Shown: positions 28,660 to 37,823, counted from the stretch's first letter. The stretch: 64,000 nucleotides of DNA from Candidatus Latescibacterota bacterium (GCA_965221775.1 CBDCSU010000006.1:960001-1024000); one strand, 5' to 3'. Notes: generated by a model from the sequence alone, not told the origin. A program made the numbers and translations.

Positions 28660-30044
28660 GGGCTCTGCGCTCCCTGATCCTGGCCGGCGCTCTCGTCTGG
28701 CTGGCGGCCTGCGGCGACCCCGTGGAGCGCCACATCGACACCATCATCGAGGGCGAGGGCGATCTGGAGGAGGCCCGGCTGGCCCTGAACATGGCCAAGG
28801 GCTACGCCGTCGATCCGCTGATCGCCGCCTTCGAGGACCGCTCCCTGCCGGCGCGCGCCCGCGTCGACCTGGCCGAGTCCCTCTACCGGCTCTACCTGCG
28901 TGAGGCCGACCGCCGCATCTTCGCCAGCCTCGTGGCCGGCCTGGAGGACCCGGAGCCCCGGGTGCGGGCCGGCGTGGCGCGCGCCATCGGCAACCTGCGG
29001 CGGCCCGAGGCGGTGGCACCGCTGCTGGCGCGCTTCGAGGCGGAGACCGATCCGGCCATGAAGGGCGAGATCCTGTCCACCCTCGAGTTCATGTCCTCCG
29101 AGCCCGACGGCGACTGGGGCACGCGCGCGAACCCCGACCTGCTGGACGCGGCCCAGAAGGAGAGCTTCGGCGCCGGCCTGCGGGCCGTGGTCGCCGCCGG
29201 ACCGCCCGAGGAGTTGCGCACGGCGGCGACGGAGTGGCTGGAGGTGCTGGCCGAGGATCGCTCCGAAGAGGCGGAGAACCTCTTCCTGGCGGCTGACGCG
29301 GCCGGCGCCGAGGCCCTGCTGCGCTCGGCCCTGGAGCTGGCGCCGGGGAGCCTCAACATCCACCAGAAGCTCGGCAAGCTGTTCTACGCCATGGGCGACG
29401 AGGAGCGAGGCCGGGAGTACCTGGAGCGCCTCGGCATGGTGGCGCGCGCCCCCCGGCTGAAGGCGCGCCCGAAGATCGACGGCCGCCTCGACGAGCCGGC
29501 GTGGCGCCAGGTGCGTCCCCATACCGGGTTCTACCAGTGCATCTGGCGGCTCACGGCCCGGCCCGCCGAGGGCCGCTCCGAGGCCTGGGTCGGCTACCGC
29601 GCCGACACCCTCTACATCGCCGTGAAGGGCTACGAGCCGAGCACGGCCAACCTGGCCGCCTCGGAGACGGAGCGGGACGGCGATGTCCACGCCGACGACT
29701 GCATGGAACTCTTCATCGACACCAACCGCGACAGCCAGTCCTTCCATCACTTCATCATCAACACCCTCGGCGCCATCCGGGACAGCCACCATGGTCCCGG
29801 CCGGCCGGGATCGTCCTGGAACGGCGCCATCGAGGTGGGCACCGCCGTGGCCGACACCTTCTGGGTCGTGGAGGCGGCGATCCCGACGGCGCAGCTGGAG
29901 GAGGGCCCCGCCGCGCCGGGCGTGGAGTGGGGCTTCAACCTGGCGCGGGTGCGGATCGGCAACGCCTCGGAGTACGGCCAGTGGGTGCCGACCTACGGAA
30001 ACGCCCACCGCCCCGACCGCTTCGGGGTGCTGGTCTTCGATTAA
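28656..30044 (+). CDS. Lipoprotein with HEAT/TPR-like repeats and C-terminal CBM9-like domain
   Basis: GTGA overlap; LVWLAAC lipobox; LEDPEPRVRAGVARAIG HEAT repeat; PKIDGRLDEPAW, DDCMELFID, WGFNLAR. Confidence 0.8.
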   Translation: MRALRSLILAGALVWLAACGDPVERHIDTIIEGEGDLEEARLALNMAKGYAVDPLIAAFEDRSLPARARVDLAESLYRLYLREADRRIFASLVAGLEDPEPRVRAGVARAIGNLRRPEAVAPLLARFEAETDPAMKGEILSTLEFMSSEPDGDWGTRANPDLLDAAQKESFGAGLRAVVAAGPPEELRTAATEWLEVLAEDRSEEAENLFLAADAAGAEALLRSALELAPGSLNIHQKLGKLFYAMGDEERGREYLERLGMVARAPRLKARPKIDGRLDEPAWRQVRPHTGFYQCIWRLTARPAEGRSEAWVGYRADTLYIAVKGYEPSTANLAASETERDGDVHADDCMELFIDTNRDSQSFHHFIINTLGAIRDSHHGPGRPGSSWNGAIEVGTAVADTFWVVEAAIPTAQLEEGPAAPGVEWGFNLARVRIGNASEYGQWVPTYGNAHRPDRFGVLVFD

Positions 30045-30067
30045 CCCCAACCGAAAGGAGAACCGCC

Positions 30068-30418
30068 GTGGACAGGATCACCCTCTATCACAACCCCGGC
30101 TGAAGCAAGTCGAGGGGCGCGCTGGCAATCCTGCGCGCCCGGGGCGTCGAGTTCGACGTCGTCGAGTACCTGCACCACCCGCCGAACGAGCCGCAGTTGC
30201 GACGGTTCCTGGAGCTGCTCGACTGCGAGCCAAAGGAGATGATCCACCCGGGCTCCTTCGAGGACCTCGGCCTCGACCTGGACGACTACAACACGGCCGA
30301 CGCCTTGGTGGGCCTGCTGCTGGAGCATCCCGGGGTGATGAACCGGCCGATCTGCGTGCGCGGGGACCGGGCGGTGATCGCCCGGCCGGAGGAGCTTGTT
30401 GAGGAGATCCTCGACTGA
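30068..30418 (+). CDS. arsC: ArsC/Spx-family (glutaredoxin-type arsenate reductase-like) selenoprotein, Sec at codon 12
   Basis: RBS AAGGAG, GTG 30068; MDRITLYHNPG-UGA(30101-30103)-SKSRGALAIL continues in frame to MNRPI and ARPEE. The UGA falls on the catalytic Cys of the HNPxCS/GxSR motif. Confidence 0.88.
30115..30140 (+). promoter_or_regulatory. Putative bacterial SECIS element
   Basis: GGGCGCGC/GCGCGCCC 8-bp stem capped by U.U, GG/CC and a CAAU loop, starting 11 nt after the UGA. Confidence 0.7.
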
Positions 30419-30424
30419 GGGGGC

Positions 30425-30892
30425 TCAGCCGCCTTCCTCGGGATCCTCCGTCTCGCGGGCCACGCGCAGACGCAGCTCCGTGCTGGAGAAGGTGTGGGGC
30501 CGCGTGTTGAAGTAGCAGCGGTCGAAGGACTCCGCGCGGCCGGTGAAGTCCGTGTCCCGGTACTCGTCCCCGAGGATGCGGACGTCCCAGTCGACGGAGC
30601 GCAGGATCTCGACGACGTCGTCCTCCGTGTCGTAGACGATGATCTCGTCCACGTACTTGCAGGCCGACACCTGGATCTGGCGCTCGACGATGCTCTGGAT
30701 CGGCTTGTTCTTGTCGGGCCGGTCGATGGTGGGGTCGGTCTGGATGCAGACGATCAGGTGGTCGCAGACCGTCTTGGCCTCCTGGAGCATGAGCACGTGA
30801 CCGGCGTGGAAGAGGTCGAAGGCGCCGAAGGTGATGCCCTTCTTCACCTTGGCCCGCGGCGGCTCGCCGGTCGGTTGCTGGGGCGTGATCAT
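30425..30892 (-). CDS. TagD-like cytidylyltransferase (CTP_transf_like)
   Basis: GAFDLFHAGH (HIGH motif), CKYVDEI, RPHTFSSTELR. Confidence 0.85.
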   Translation of the reverse strand: MITPQQPTGEPPRAKVKKGITFGAFDLFHAGHVLMLQEAKTVCDHLIVCIQTDPTIDRPDKNKPIQSIVERQIQVSACKYVDEIIVYDTEDDVVEILRSVDWDVRILGDEYRDTDFTGRAESFDRCYFNTRPHTFSSTELRLRVARETEDPEEGG

Positions 30893-31041
30893 GGGGTGAA
30901 GAATCCGGGGTGTGCCGGCTCCGGTCAAGGGAGGTGACAGGGCCGGACCCGCCCCCGGCCGGACCCGGTTTTCTTACCTTGCAGCGCCGACAGCCGGGCC
31001 GCCCCGGGGCGGCCCGGGCCGGCCTCGACCCCGCACTGGAG

Positions 31042-31902
31042 ATGAGAGTGGACCCCCGTCATCTCGCCCACACACTGACCCCGGAGGAGTCGCGGCAGTT
31101 CGAGCGCGACGGGTTCTTCGCCGTCGAAGAGGCGATCCCGGAGAGCCTCGTGCAGCGCCTGCTGCCGGTCTGCGATCGCATCGACCGCGAGGAGCGCGAA
31201 GGTCAGGGGAAGGGCCCCGAGGAGCGCATCAACCACTTCGACTTCATCGGCCGGGACGAGATCTTCCTGGAGCTGCTCGACTGGGGGAGGACCTTCCCGA
31301 AGGTGTGGGGCATCCTCGGCTGGCACATCCAGCTCTACCACACCCACATGATGATCACCCCCCCGGAGCCGGCGGGACGCACCCTCGCCGAACACGGGCT
31401 CGACCTCGGCTGGCACCAGGACACGGGCCTGCTGAACCAGGACCTCGAGACCGATCCGCGGCCCCGGGTGTCGTTGAAGGTGGGCTTCTTCCTCACCGAC
31501 ACGAGCGAGGAGGGCCGGGGCAACTTCTACGTGGTGCCCGGGTCGCACCTGCGCAACGAGTTCCCGGGACCTGATCGCAAGAGCCTGGTGGACGGCGCCG
31601 TGGCCGTCCGCGCGGCGCCGGGCACGGCCGTGTTCTTCGACCGCCGCCTGTGGCACTCGGGCAGCGCCAACTACTGGCGCGAGGCGAGGCGGGTCCTGTT
31701 CTACGGCTACTCGTACCGCTGGCTGCGGCCGCGCGACGACATGACCGTGGAGCACTACCTGGACGGTTGCGATCCCATCCGCAAGCAGCTGCTCGGGGTC
31801 TCCCACTCCGGAGGCCACGGCTACACCTCGCCGACGCCCGAGGACGTGCCGCTGCGGGCCTGGCTGGAGGAGCACGGCGCCGAGGCGCCCGTGAAGGGTT
31901 GA
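31042..31902 (+). CDS. Phytanoyl-CoA dioxygenase (PhyH) family Fe/2OG oxygenase
   Basis: FERDGF, GWHQD, VVPGSH, FFDRRLWH, RVLFYGYSYRW. Confidence 0.88.
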   Translation: MRVDPRHLAHTLTPEESRQFERDGFFAVEEAIPESLVQRLLPVCDRIDREEREGQGKGPEERINHFDFIGRDEIFLELLDWGRTFPKVWGILGWHIQLYHTHMMITPPEPAGRTLAEHGLDLGWHQDTGLLNQDLETDPRPRVSLKVGFFLTDTSEEGRGNFYVVPGSHLRNEFPGPDRKSLVDGAVAVRAAPGTAVFFDRRLWHSGSANYWREARRVLFYGYSYRWLRPRDDMTVEHYLDGCDPIRKQLLGVSHSGGHGYTSPTPEDVPLRAWLEEHGAEAPVKG

Positions 31903-31905
31903 GCG

Positions 31906-32886
31906 ATGAGAAGATTGAAGGTCCTGCTGCTGCAGATGGAGAGCATGTTCGAGCCCTGGGGCGCCGACGTGATCGAAGCCGTCGGCGACCGCCACGACCT
32001 GGCCCTGCTCGACCCCGGCCGGCCCCTGGAGGAGCAGTTCGCCGGCGTCGAGGCGGTCATCGACCAGGGCGGCAGCGTCAGCACCCGGGCGATGATGGAC
32101 GCCGCGGTCTCGGCGCGGCTGTGGCAGCTCCTGGGCACGGGGTTCGACCACTTCGACCTGGAGTACGTCAAGTCGAAGAGGATCCCCGCGGCCAACTGCC
32201 CCGGCCCCTTCAGCGGCACCGCCCTGGCCGAGATGGCCATGATGTTCATCCTCATGCTGGCGCGGCGCTACCGCGAGGGCGTGCGCCGGTTCCGCGAGGG
32301 CGAGCTCTACCAGCCGCTGTCCCATGAGCTGGAGGGCCGCACCCTGGGGATCATCGGCTTCGGGGCCAGCGGCCAGGAGCTGGCGCGGCGGGCCCGCCCC
32401 TTCGGCCTGCGCGTGGTGGGCCTGGACGTGCGCCCCATCGAGGCGGAGGTGCTCCAGGAGCTGGGCGCCGAACTCCTCCTCGGCGAGGACCGGCTGGACG
32501 AGGTGGTGGCGGCCAGCGACTACCTCTCCCTGCACCTGCATCTGAACGACAGCACCCGGCACCTGATCGACGCCCGTCGCCTCGCCCTGATGAAGCCCTC
32601 GGCCTGCCTGATCAACGTCGCCCGCGGCGCCCTCGTGGACGAGGCGGCCATGGCGGAAGCGCTGCTCGACGGCCGCCTCGGGGGCGCCGGTCTGGACGTC
32701 TTCGGGAAGGAGCCGCCCAACCCCGCCGATCCCGTGTACGCCCTTCCCAACGTCGTGGTCACCCCCCACATCGCGGGGGTCACGGCCGAGACCTCCCGCA
32801 AGCGCGCGGCCTGCGCCGCCGGCAACGTCGACCGCGTCGCCGCCGGCCTGGAGCCCCTCTACCGCATCGACGGCGGGGAGTCGTGA
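31906..32886 (+). CDS. D-isomer-specific 2-hydroxyacid dehydrogenase
   Basis: GIIGFGASG, LINVARGALVDE, GAGLDVF..EP, TPHIAG. Confidence 0.92.
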   Translation: MRRLKVLLLQMESMFEPWGADVIEAVGDRHDLALLDPGRPLEEQFAGVEAVIDQGGSVSTRAMMDAAVSARLWQLLGTGFDHFDLEYVKSKRIPAANCPGPFSGTALAEMAMMFILMLARRYREGVRRFREGELYQPLSHELEGRTLGIIGFGASGQELARRARPFGLRVVGLDVRPIEAEVLQELGAELLLGEDRLDEVVAASDYLSLHLHLNDSTRHLIDARRLALMKPSACLINVARGALVDEAAMAEALLDGRLGGAGLDVFGKEPPNPADPVYALPNVVVTPHIAGVTAETSRKRAACAAGNVDRVAAGLEPLYRIDGGES

Positions 32887-33659
32887 ACAGCCGCCTGAAG
32901 GAGCGCCTCGACGCCGGACAGGCGGCGGTGGGCGCCCAGCTGCGCTTCGGATCTCCCGCCATCGCCGAGATGTTCGGCCACGCCGGCTTCGACTGGCTCG
33001 TCATCGACTCGGAGCACGCGCCCCAGACGCCGGAGGGCATCCAGGCGCAGCTCCAGGCCATCGGCAACACCCCGGCCACGCCGGTGGTGCGCCTGCCCCG
33101 GGTCGACGAGGAGCAGATGCGCCTCTACCTCGACATGGGGGCCCTGGGCATCATGGCCGCCTTCGTCGAGACCCCCCAGGACGCGGAGTTCGGCGCCCTC
33201 GCCTGCCGCTACCCGCCCCGGGGGATACGCAGCTTCGGCCCCCACCGAGCCGGCGGGTACGGACTCCGGACGGCGGAATACCTCGAGAAGATCGACGACC
33301 TCGTGAGCTTCATCCCCATCATCGAGTCGGGCCCCGGCGTGGACAACATCGAGGCCATCCTCGCCGTGGAGGGGGTCGACTTCCCCGTCATCGGGCCCGT
33401 GGACCTGTCCTTTGGCCTGGACACCCCCTTCGAGTTCGAGAGCAAGGTCTTCCAGGAGGCCCAGGCGAGGGTGGCCGCCGCCGCGGCGGCGGCGGGCAAG
33501 CCGGCGGGCCTGGGAATCTACCGGCCGGCCTTCGAGCCGGCGTCGCTGGAGAAGGCGCTGGAGGACGGATTCCAGGCGCTGCTGGTGGGCGGCGACGAGC
33601 CCTTCCTGGCCACCGCCTGCGAGATGATGGCGGGGGTGAGGCGGGAGCTGGACCTGTAG
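32883..33659 (+). CDS. HpcH/HpaI family aldolase
   Basis: GFDWLVIDSEH, LDMGALG, RYPPRGIRS, IIES, IGPVDLS. Confidence 0.92.
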   Translation: MNSRLKERLDAGQAAVGAQLRFGSPAIAEMFGHAGFDWLVIDSEHAPQTPEGIQAQLQAIGNTPATPVVRLPRVDEEQMRLYLDMGALGIMAAFVETPQDAEFGALACRYPPRGIRSFGPHRAGGYGLRTAEYLEKIDDLVSFIPIIESGPGVDNIEAILAVEGVDFPVIGPVDLSFGLDTPFEFESKVFQEAQARVAAAAAAAGKPAGLGIYRPAFEPASLEKALEDGFQALLVGGDEPFLATACEMMAGVRRELDL

Positions 33660-33849
33660 CGGCGGGCGGGGCCGTGTCCGCCGGGGCAGTCTGACGGTCA
33701 GCGCCGCTGGGACCGGGCCGCAGCGGCGACGGAAGCGCGCCGCCGGGAGTGGCGCCTTCCGCTGGTCCGCGGGGAGGCTCCTCGTTGGACACGCGCCGAG
33801 AGGCGGTCCGGCTGCCGCGGCTGAAGCTGGAGCCGCTACAGGGGCGCCT

Positions 33850-34359
33850 TCAGGGAGCCCCTTCCTCGGTGACGGGGATCCCCTTCGCCTCCGTGAAGGC
33901 CCGGATCGTCTGCAGGATCCGGGGCTTGACCTCCTGGTTGTCGGCGTATCCGAGCATGCCGAACTGGATCAACCGGGAGCGGCCCTCGCGGGGGACGAAC
34001 TCGGCGTTCATGAGGCTCAGGGTGATCCCGGCAAGGGAGTCCCACGGGACCCGCTGCCGCACGAACAGCCCCCGCTGGATCAGCAACTCCTCCTGCGAGA
34101 AGGCGAGGACCAGCTTGTTCAGCCGCCTGAAGAGGAGGCTGCCCGGCAGCACCAGAACCGCCACGCAGAGGTAGACCAGCCCGAGCACCAGCAGCTGAGT
34201 CCCCCCGGAGTCGATGTTGTTCCAGCGGGCCAGGTTCACCAGGCCATTGGCGGTGAACACCAGGGCGAGCAACCCCCACACGAAGCGGTTGGGCCAGCCC
34301 ACACGCGCGCTCAGGTCGAAGACCTGATTCTCCGCGGGTCCTGCCGGGGGCTCCGTCAT
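33850..34359 (-). CDS. Hypothetical membrane protein (two TM segments plus PH-like domain)
   Basis: RBS AAGGAGG, ATG 34359 MTEPPAGP; two hydrophobic helices then RVPWDSL. Confidence 0.65.
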   Translation of the reverse strand: MTEPPAGPAENQVFDLSARVGWPNRFVWGLLALVFTANGLVNLARWNNIDSGGTQLLVLGLVYLCVAVLVLPGSLLFRRLNKLVLAFSQEELLIQRGLFVRQRVPWDSLAGITLSLMNAEFVPREGRSRLIQFGMLGYADNQEVKPRILQTIRAFTEAKGIPVTEEGAP

Positions 34360-34405
34360 GGGGTCCTCCTTCGATGGGTTGAGAGCCGCCCTGCTGAATC
34401 TCCGG

Positions 34406-35521
34406 CTACGGGGAGCCCGAGTCCAACTCCGCGGCGCGCAGTCCGCCGTGGCTCCGCAGCAGATCGGCGATGTCCTCTCTCTCACACTCGATGGCCGCAT
34501 CCAGGGCCGTCCCGGAGCGTCGCCTGTTGACGTCGATTCCATGGGACAGGAGGAACCTGACGACATCGAGCTTCGTCTCGTGCGGCCCGTAGGCGACAGC
34601 CAGGTAGAACAGTTGATCACACTCATTCACATCCGCCCCTCGCTGAAGGCACAATTCCGCGGAGGCGATGTTGCCGCTCACCAGGTGAAGGGAAGGCGCG
34701 CCGCCGGAATCCAGCAGGACCCTGACCAACTCGGTGCCCACGCCGCCCCGTATCTGGGCCGCCACTTCGACGGGCGTATGCCCCCAGCGATCGGGTTCAT
34801 TTGGATCCGCTCCGGCGGACAGCACCTTCTGGAGGCCTGCCGGATCCTGCTTCAGGACCTCCAGCGTAACCGGGGGGATGTAGTAGACCGAGACGGCCCC
34901 GCGGTTCAGCAGTACCCGAGCGACATCGGCATGGCCGTCTTCCGGGTAGTGGCCAAGGGCCTGTCGCAGCGCGATCTCATTGGGGTATTCCGCATAGTTC
35001 GGGTCCGCGGGATCACTCGGGTCGGCCCCCGCTTCCAGCAGCAAGGTGACCACATCCGGCCAGCCGATGATCCAGGACGCCACACACAGTGGGCTTCGCC
35101 CCTGCTCGTCCCGGGTTCCAATACAGCCCGGCTCACTCTCAAGAAGCTCGGCCACCCGCTCCGTGCGGTTGCTGGCCGCCGCCCCGAGGATATCGAAGGA
35201 AGGTCCCTCTTCGACCAGTATGCGGAGGGGCTCGGGGTCGTTGATCTGCATCTGGCTGTACGCCTTGTGGGCCGCATCGTAGATGGCCCTGTTGGAGTAC
35301 GCCCCTCGATGCAACAACATTCGAAGGATATCGCACTCCTTGTGACGCACCGTTACATCGAGCAGTCGATTCGGCCGGTCGTCCCCCGGCCAGAAGAACG
35401 TCGCATTCACGAGGGACGAGTCTGCATCCAACAGCCGGCGTGCGCTCTCCAGGTCCCCCTCGGCGATGCAATCGCAGAGAGGCTGCATCGTGGAGGGATG
35501 GATCTCGCGCCTGTTCGCCAT
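34406..35521 (-). CDS. Ankyrin repeat protein
   Basis: GRSPLCVA, LLLEAGADP, WGHTPVEVAA, GADVN, TALDAAI..IADLLRSHGG. Confidence 0.88.
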   Translation of the reverse strand: MANRREIHPSTMQPLCDCIAEGDLESARRLLDADSSLVNATFFWPGDDRPNRLLDVTVRHKECDILRMLLHRGAYSNRAIYDAAHKAYSQMQINDPEPLRILVEEGPSFDILGAAASNRTERVAELLESEPGCIGTRDEQGRSPLCVASWIIGWPDVVTLLLEAGADPSDPADPNYAEYPNEIALRQALGHYPEDGHADVARVLLNRGAVSVYYIPPVTLEVLKQDPAGLQKVLSAGADPNEPDRWGHTPVEVAAQIRGGVGTELVRVLLDSGGAPSLHLVSGNIASAELCLQRGADVNECDQLFYLAVAYGPHETKLDVVRFLLSHGIDVNRRRSGTALDAAIECEREDIADLLRSHGGLRAAELDSGSP

Positions 35522-35562
35522 CTTGCCCAATGCCAGTCGAAGAAACCTGTGCTCAGACCATG

Positions 35563-36360
35563 CTACAGCCTGCCGCACGGGACCTCATCATCCGGGCACA
35601 GTTCGTACCACCACTCGGGACATTGGCGGCTGACAACAACTACTCGATTCCAAGGAGCCACGACACGGACTCGTCTCCGGAGGCTGGCTAGTTCGGTTCT
35701 GCTCAAACCCGAGGCAGAAACGACACCAATATGGTCCACGAGGATGAGCCACCACTTATGCTCTTGTTCCCTGCCAGCGATCTTCCTCGATTTATCTTCA
35801 ATTGCGAATTCAACGCTCTCTTGTATTACAGGGTCGAGCAGAAGACCCTCTCCTTCCGAGATATTGCCGAGCGAGAATTGGACAATCGACGTCTCTATCC
35901 TGTGAAGTTCAAGGTGGATACCACATGGTAAGCACAGGTGCAGCACACTCAAGTGGTCGAGTTCATGCGAATGTTCACAGCCGCTGGAGTATCGTGACCT
36001 TAGCTCATCAAGCACTCCGCCATCACACCGCTCGACAAGAGGAGACAGCGCCTCCCGGATCTCCCTCTTTGCCTTCTTGGAATCAGGGTAACCCTCTGGC
36101 TGGTATTCGGCATCGACAATCCAGGTTCCTTCCCTTGGTCTCATCGTCTTGATTGTGGCCTCGATCAGACCACGCAGGGGGCGTTCAAACTCCTCTTCTC
36201 CCCGACCCTTGACCTGACGATTCAGTCGTCGAACCTCGACGGCAAATTCCCCGTCTGCCAGGAAATCCGGAGGATCTTGACATGGGCGCACGACGCCGTG
36301 ACCTTGGGATTCCAGCCATTGCTTGGCTAAGGTCTCGTCGCAATTGAGCCTGTTGTTCAA
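35563..36360 (-). CDS. Hypothetical protein with PD-(D/E)xK nuclease-like motif
   Basis: DPPDFLADGEFAVEVRRL; later IEDKSRK..WWLILVD; visibly lower GC than the flanks. Confidence 0.6.
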   Translation of the reverse strand: MNNRLNCDETLAKQWLESQGHGVVRPCQDPPDFLADGEFAVEVRRLNRQVKGRGEEEFERPLRGLIEATIKTMRPREGTWIVDAEYQPEGYPDSKKAKREIREALSPLVERCDGGVLDELRSRYSSGCEHSHELDHLSVLHLCLPCGIHLELHRIETSIVQFSLGNISEGEGLLLDPVIQESVEFAIEDKSRKIAGREQEHKWWLILVDHIGVVSASGLSRTELASLRRRVRVVAPWNRVVVVSRQCPEWWYELCPDDEVPCGRL

Positions 36361-36561
36361 GCGATATCCCCCTTCTCCAGTAGGTGGATCATCAGAGTCA
36401 GGATGTGGGCGTTACATCCCTGACGTGCAAGATCGCCATCAGCATACCTATGCACCACCGTGCCCACATCTCCGGCCACCAGACCGTGCTCTACGATGGA
36501 CTCCTGGAGAACTACCAGGTCCAGTTCAGTCATGTCATTCTCACGGGTCCTGCTGGATAGG

Positions 36562-36842
36562 TGTCACCAGACGAGGTCGAGCTGAGCCGCCTTCGGTTGG
36601 TCCGGCTCCAGGCGCGGTGAGGTCGCCCGATCCTCCGCGGGCCTGCCGGGGGCTTCGGGGGCTGGCGGTCCGTACTCCACGTTGGCGGGATCCATGGCTC
36701 CGCCTCGGATCGATGCCAGTTACCGGAATCACTGGTCCATTTGCAGATGGACGGAGTCGGGCTTCCGCATCTGGATGACTTCGGAGACCTGCTCATCCCG
36801 AGGGACCGATGCCAAGTCAGCTTCGAGGACAGACGGATCGAT
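36562..36842 (-). pseudogene. Possible decayed gene fragment
   Basis: Frame reads IDPSVLEADLASVPRDEQVSEVIQMRKPDSVHLQMDQ*FR*LASIRGGAMDPANVEYGPP...KAAQLDLVW*, coding-like with internal stops. Confidence 0.3.
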
Positions 36843-36857
36843 TCACAGTCCTCTGAG

Positions 36858-37823
36858 TTACTGCACCACTTGTAGCTCGACCTTGGGAGGTTTCGGTCCA
36901 TGTAACCTCAACAGCCGTCGCGTTCTACTCCTCAGGGCGTTCGAGTCACCATGCACAAAGACGAACAAGGGCGTTCCATCGATTCTCCTCGCTCTGCTGA
37001 ATTGCTCGCCGTTCGGGTGCACTGGCTCGGTATTGACCAGATGGTTGCTTCCATTCCTCGACAGTATCGGGCTGTGACTCTCAGTCAGCAGTTTCTCCGA
37101 ATAGAGCTTCTCGACCGTAGCCGTGAGCACTTGAGTCCAGCGTCGTACACTGCGTACGCTGCCGTCCCAGAATCGGATCGCCGACGGCCTACAGCCCGAG
37201 CTGCCAGCATACTCGGATTTCTCATAGTCCATCAGCGGAACCCAGCCCGGTGACTCCGGCGCCGCGGCAGGGGCCGGTTCAGCTTCGGCCGGCGCAGTCG
37301 CGGAGGGCTCAGCCTTGACAATCGGCTCGCCGGCCTTCACCGGCTGGCCAGAGGTCAGGTTGGGCCGCCAGAGCAGCAGCAACTTGAGAGCGACTTCGTG
37401 GACCGGATTCCTGGAAATGGACACGTCCAACATCCGCCTTTCCTCCAAGGTGCCCCTCTGGAAGACGTCGTAGAGTTCCCAGTGGTCGCCGTCAGTCAGC
37501 GCGGCGAAGTCAATCCCCGACGCATTGGCATAGTTCAGCATCTGCATCTGGTGGGAGGCCAGCCGCTCCCCCAGCTTCTTGGCCTCCACCGTGGCCGCCG
37601 GCTGTTGGTCGGAGCGCAGCAACGCGTAGTCCGCCAAACCGCCGGTCACCCTGTATTCGGGTGTCACCACCGCGGGGTCGGATACGTCCCAGCCCAGGGC
37701 CTGCAGCAGGGGGTCCACCAGCGCCATTCGCGTGCGCGTTTCGTTTTCCCCCAGCGACGCCCCATGGGTTCCGATTCTCTCACGCAACGATTCGATGACA
37801 CCTGTCAGATCGTCCAGCAACAC
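36858..37823 (-). CDS. HsdR_N-type restriction-endonuclease-like protein with C-terminal SeqA-like domain
   Basis: RBS AGGAGG; NETRTRMALVDPLLQALGWD, ADYAL, VEAKK, QMLNYA, LTDGDHW; Pro/Ala linker; C-terminal RRIDGTPLFVFVHGDSNALR. Confidence 0.8.
   Translation of the reverse strand: MLLDDLTGVIESLRERIGTHGASLGENETRTRMALVDPLLQALGWDVSDPAVVTPEYRVTGGLADYALLRSDQQPAATVEAKKLGERLASHQMQMLNYANASGIDFAALTDGDHWELYDVFQRGTLEERRMLDVSISRNPVHEVALKLLLLWRPNLTSGQPVKAGEPIVKAEPSATAPAEAEPAPAAAPESPGWVPLMDYEKSEYAGSSGCRPSAIRFWDGSVRSVRRWTQVLTATVEKLYSEKLLTESHSPILSRNGSNHLVNTEPVHPNGEQFSRARRIDGTPLFVFVHGDSNALRSRTRRLLRLHGPKPPKVELQVVQ

Noticed and set aside
30197-30418. 73-aa ORF in the track, or an arsC pseudogene call
   Set aside because: Better explained as the 3' part of a Sec-containing gene starting at 30068.
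36375-36445. CTGATGA..CCTAC resembling the fluoride riboswitch 3' end
   Set aside because: The 5' GATGG-AGTTCGCC element and pseudoknot pairing do not fit, and the downstream gene is not fluoride-related.
36530-36901. 123-aa minus-strand ORF
   Set aside because: Ser/Arg/Trp-rich off-frame composition, overlaps the upstream gene, and has no RBS; a different frame looks more coding-like.
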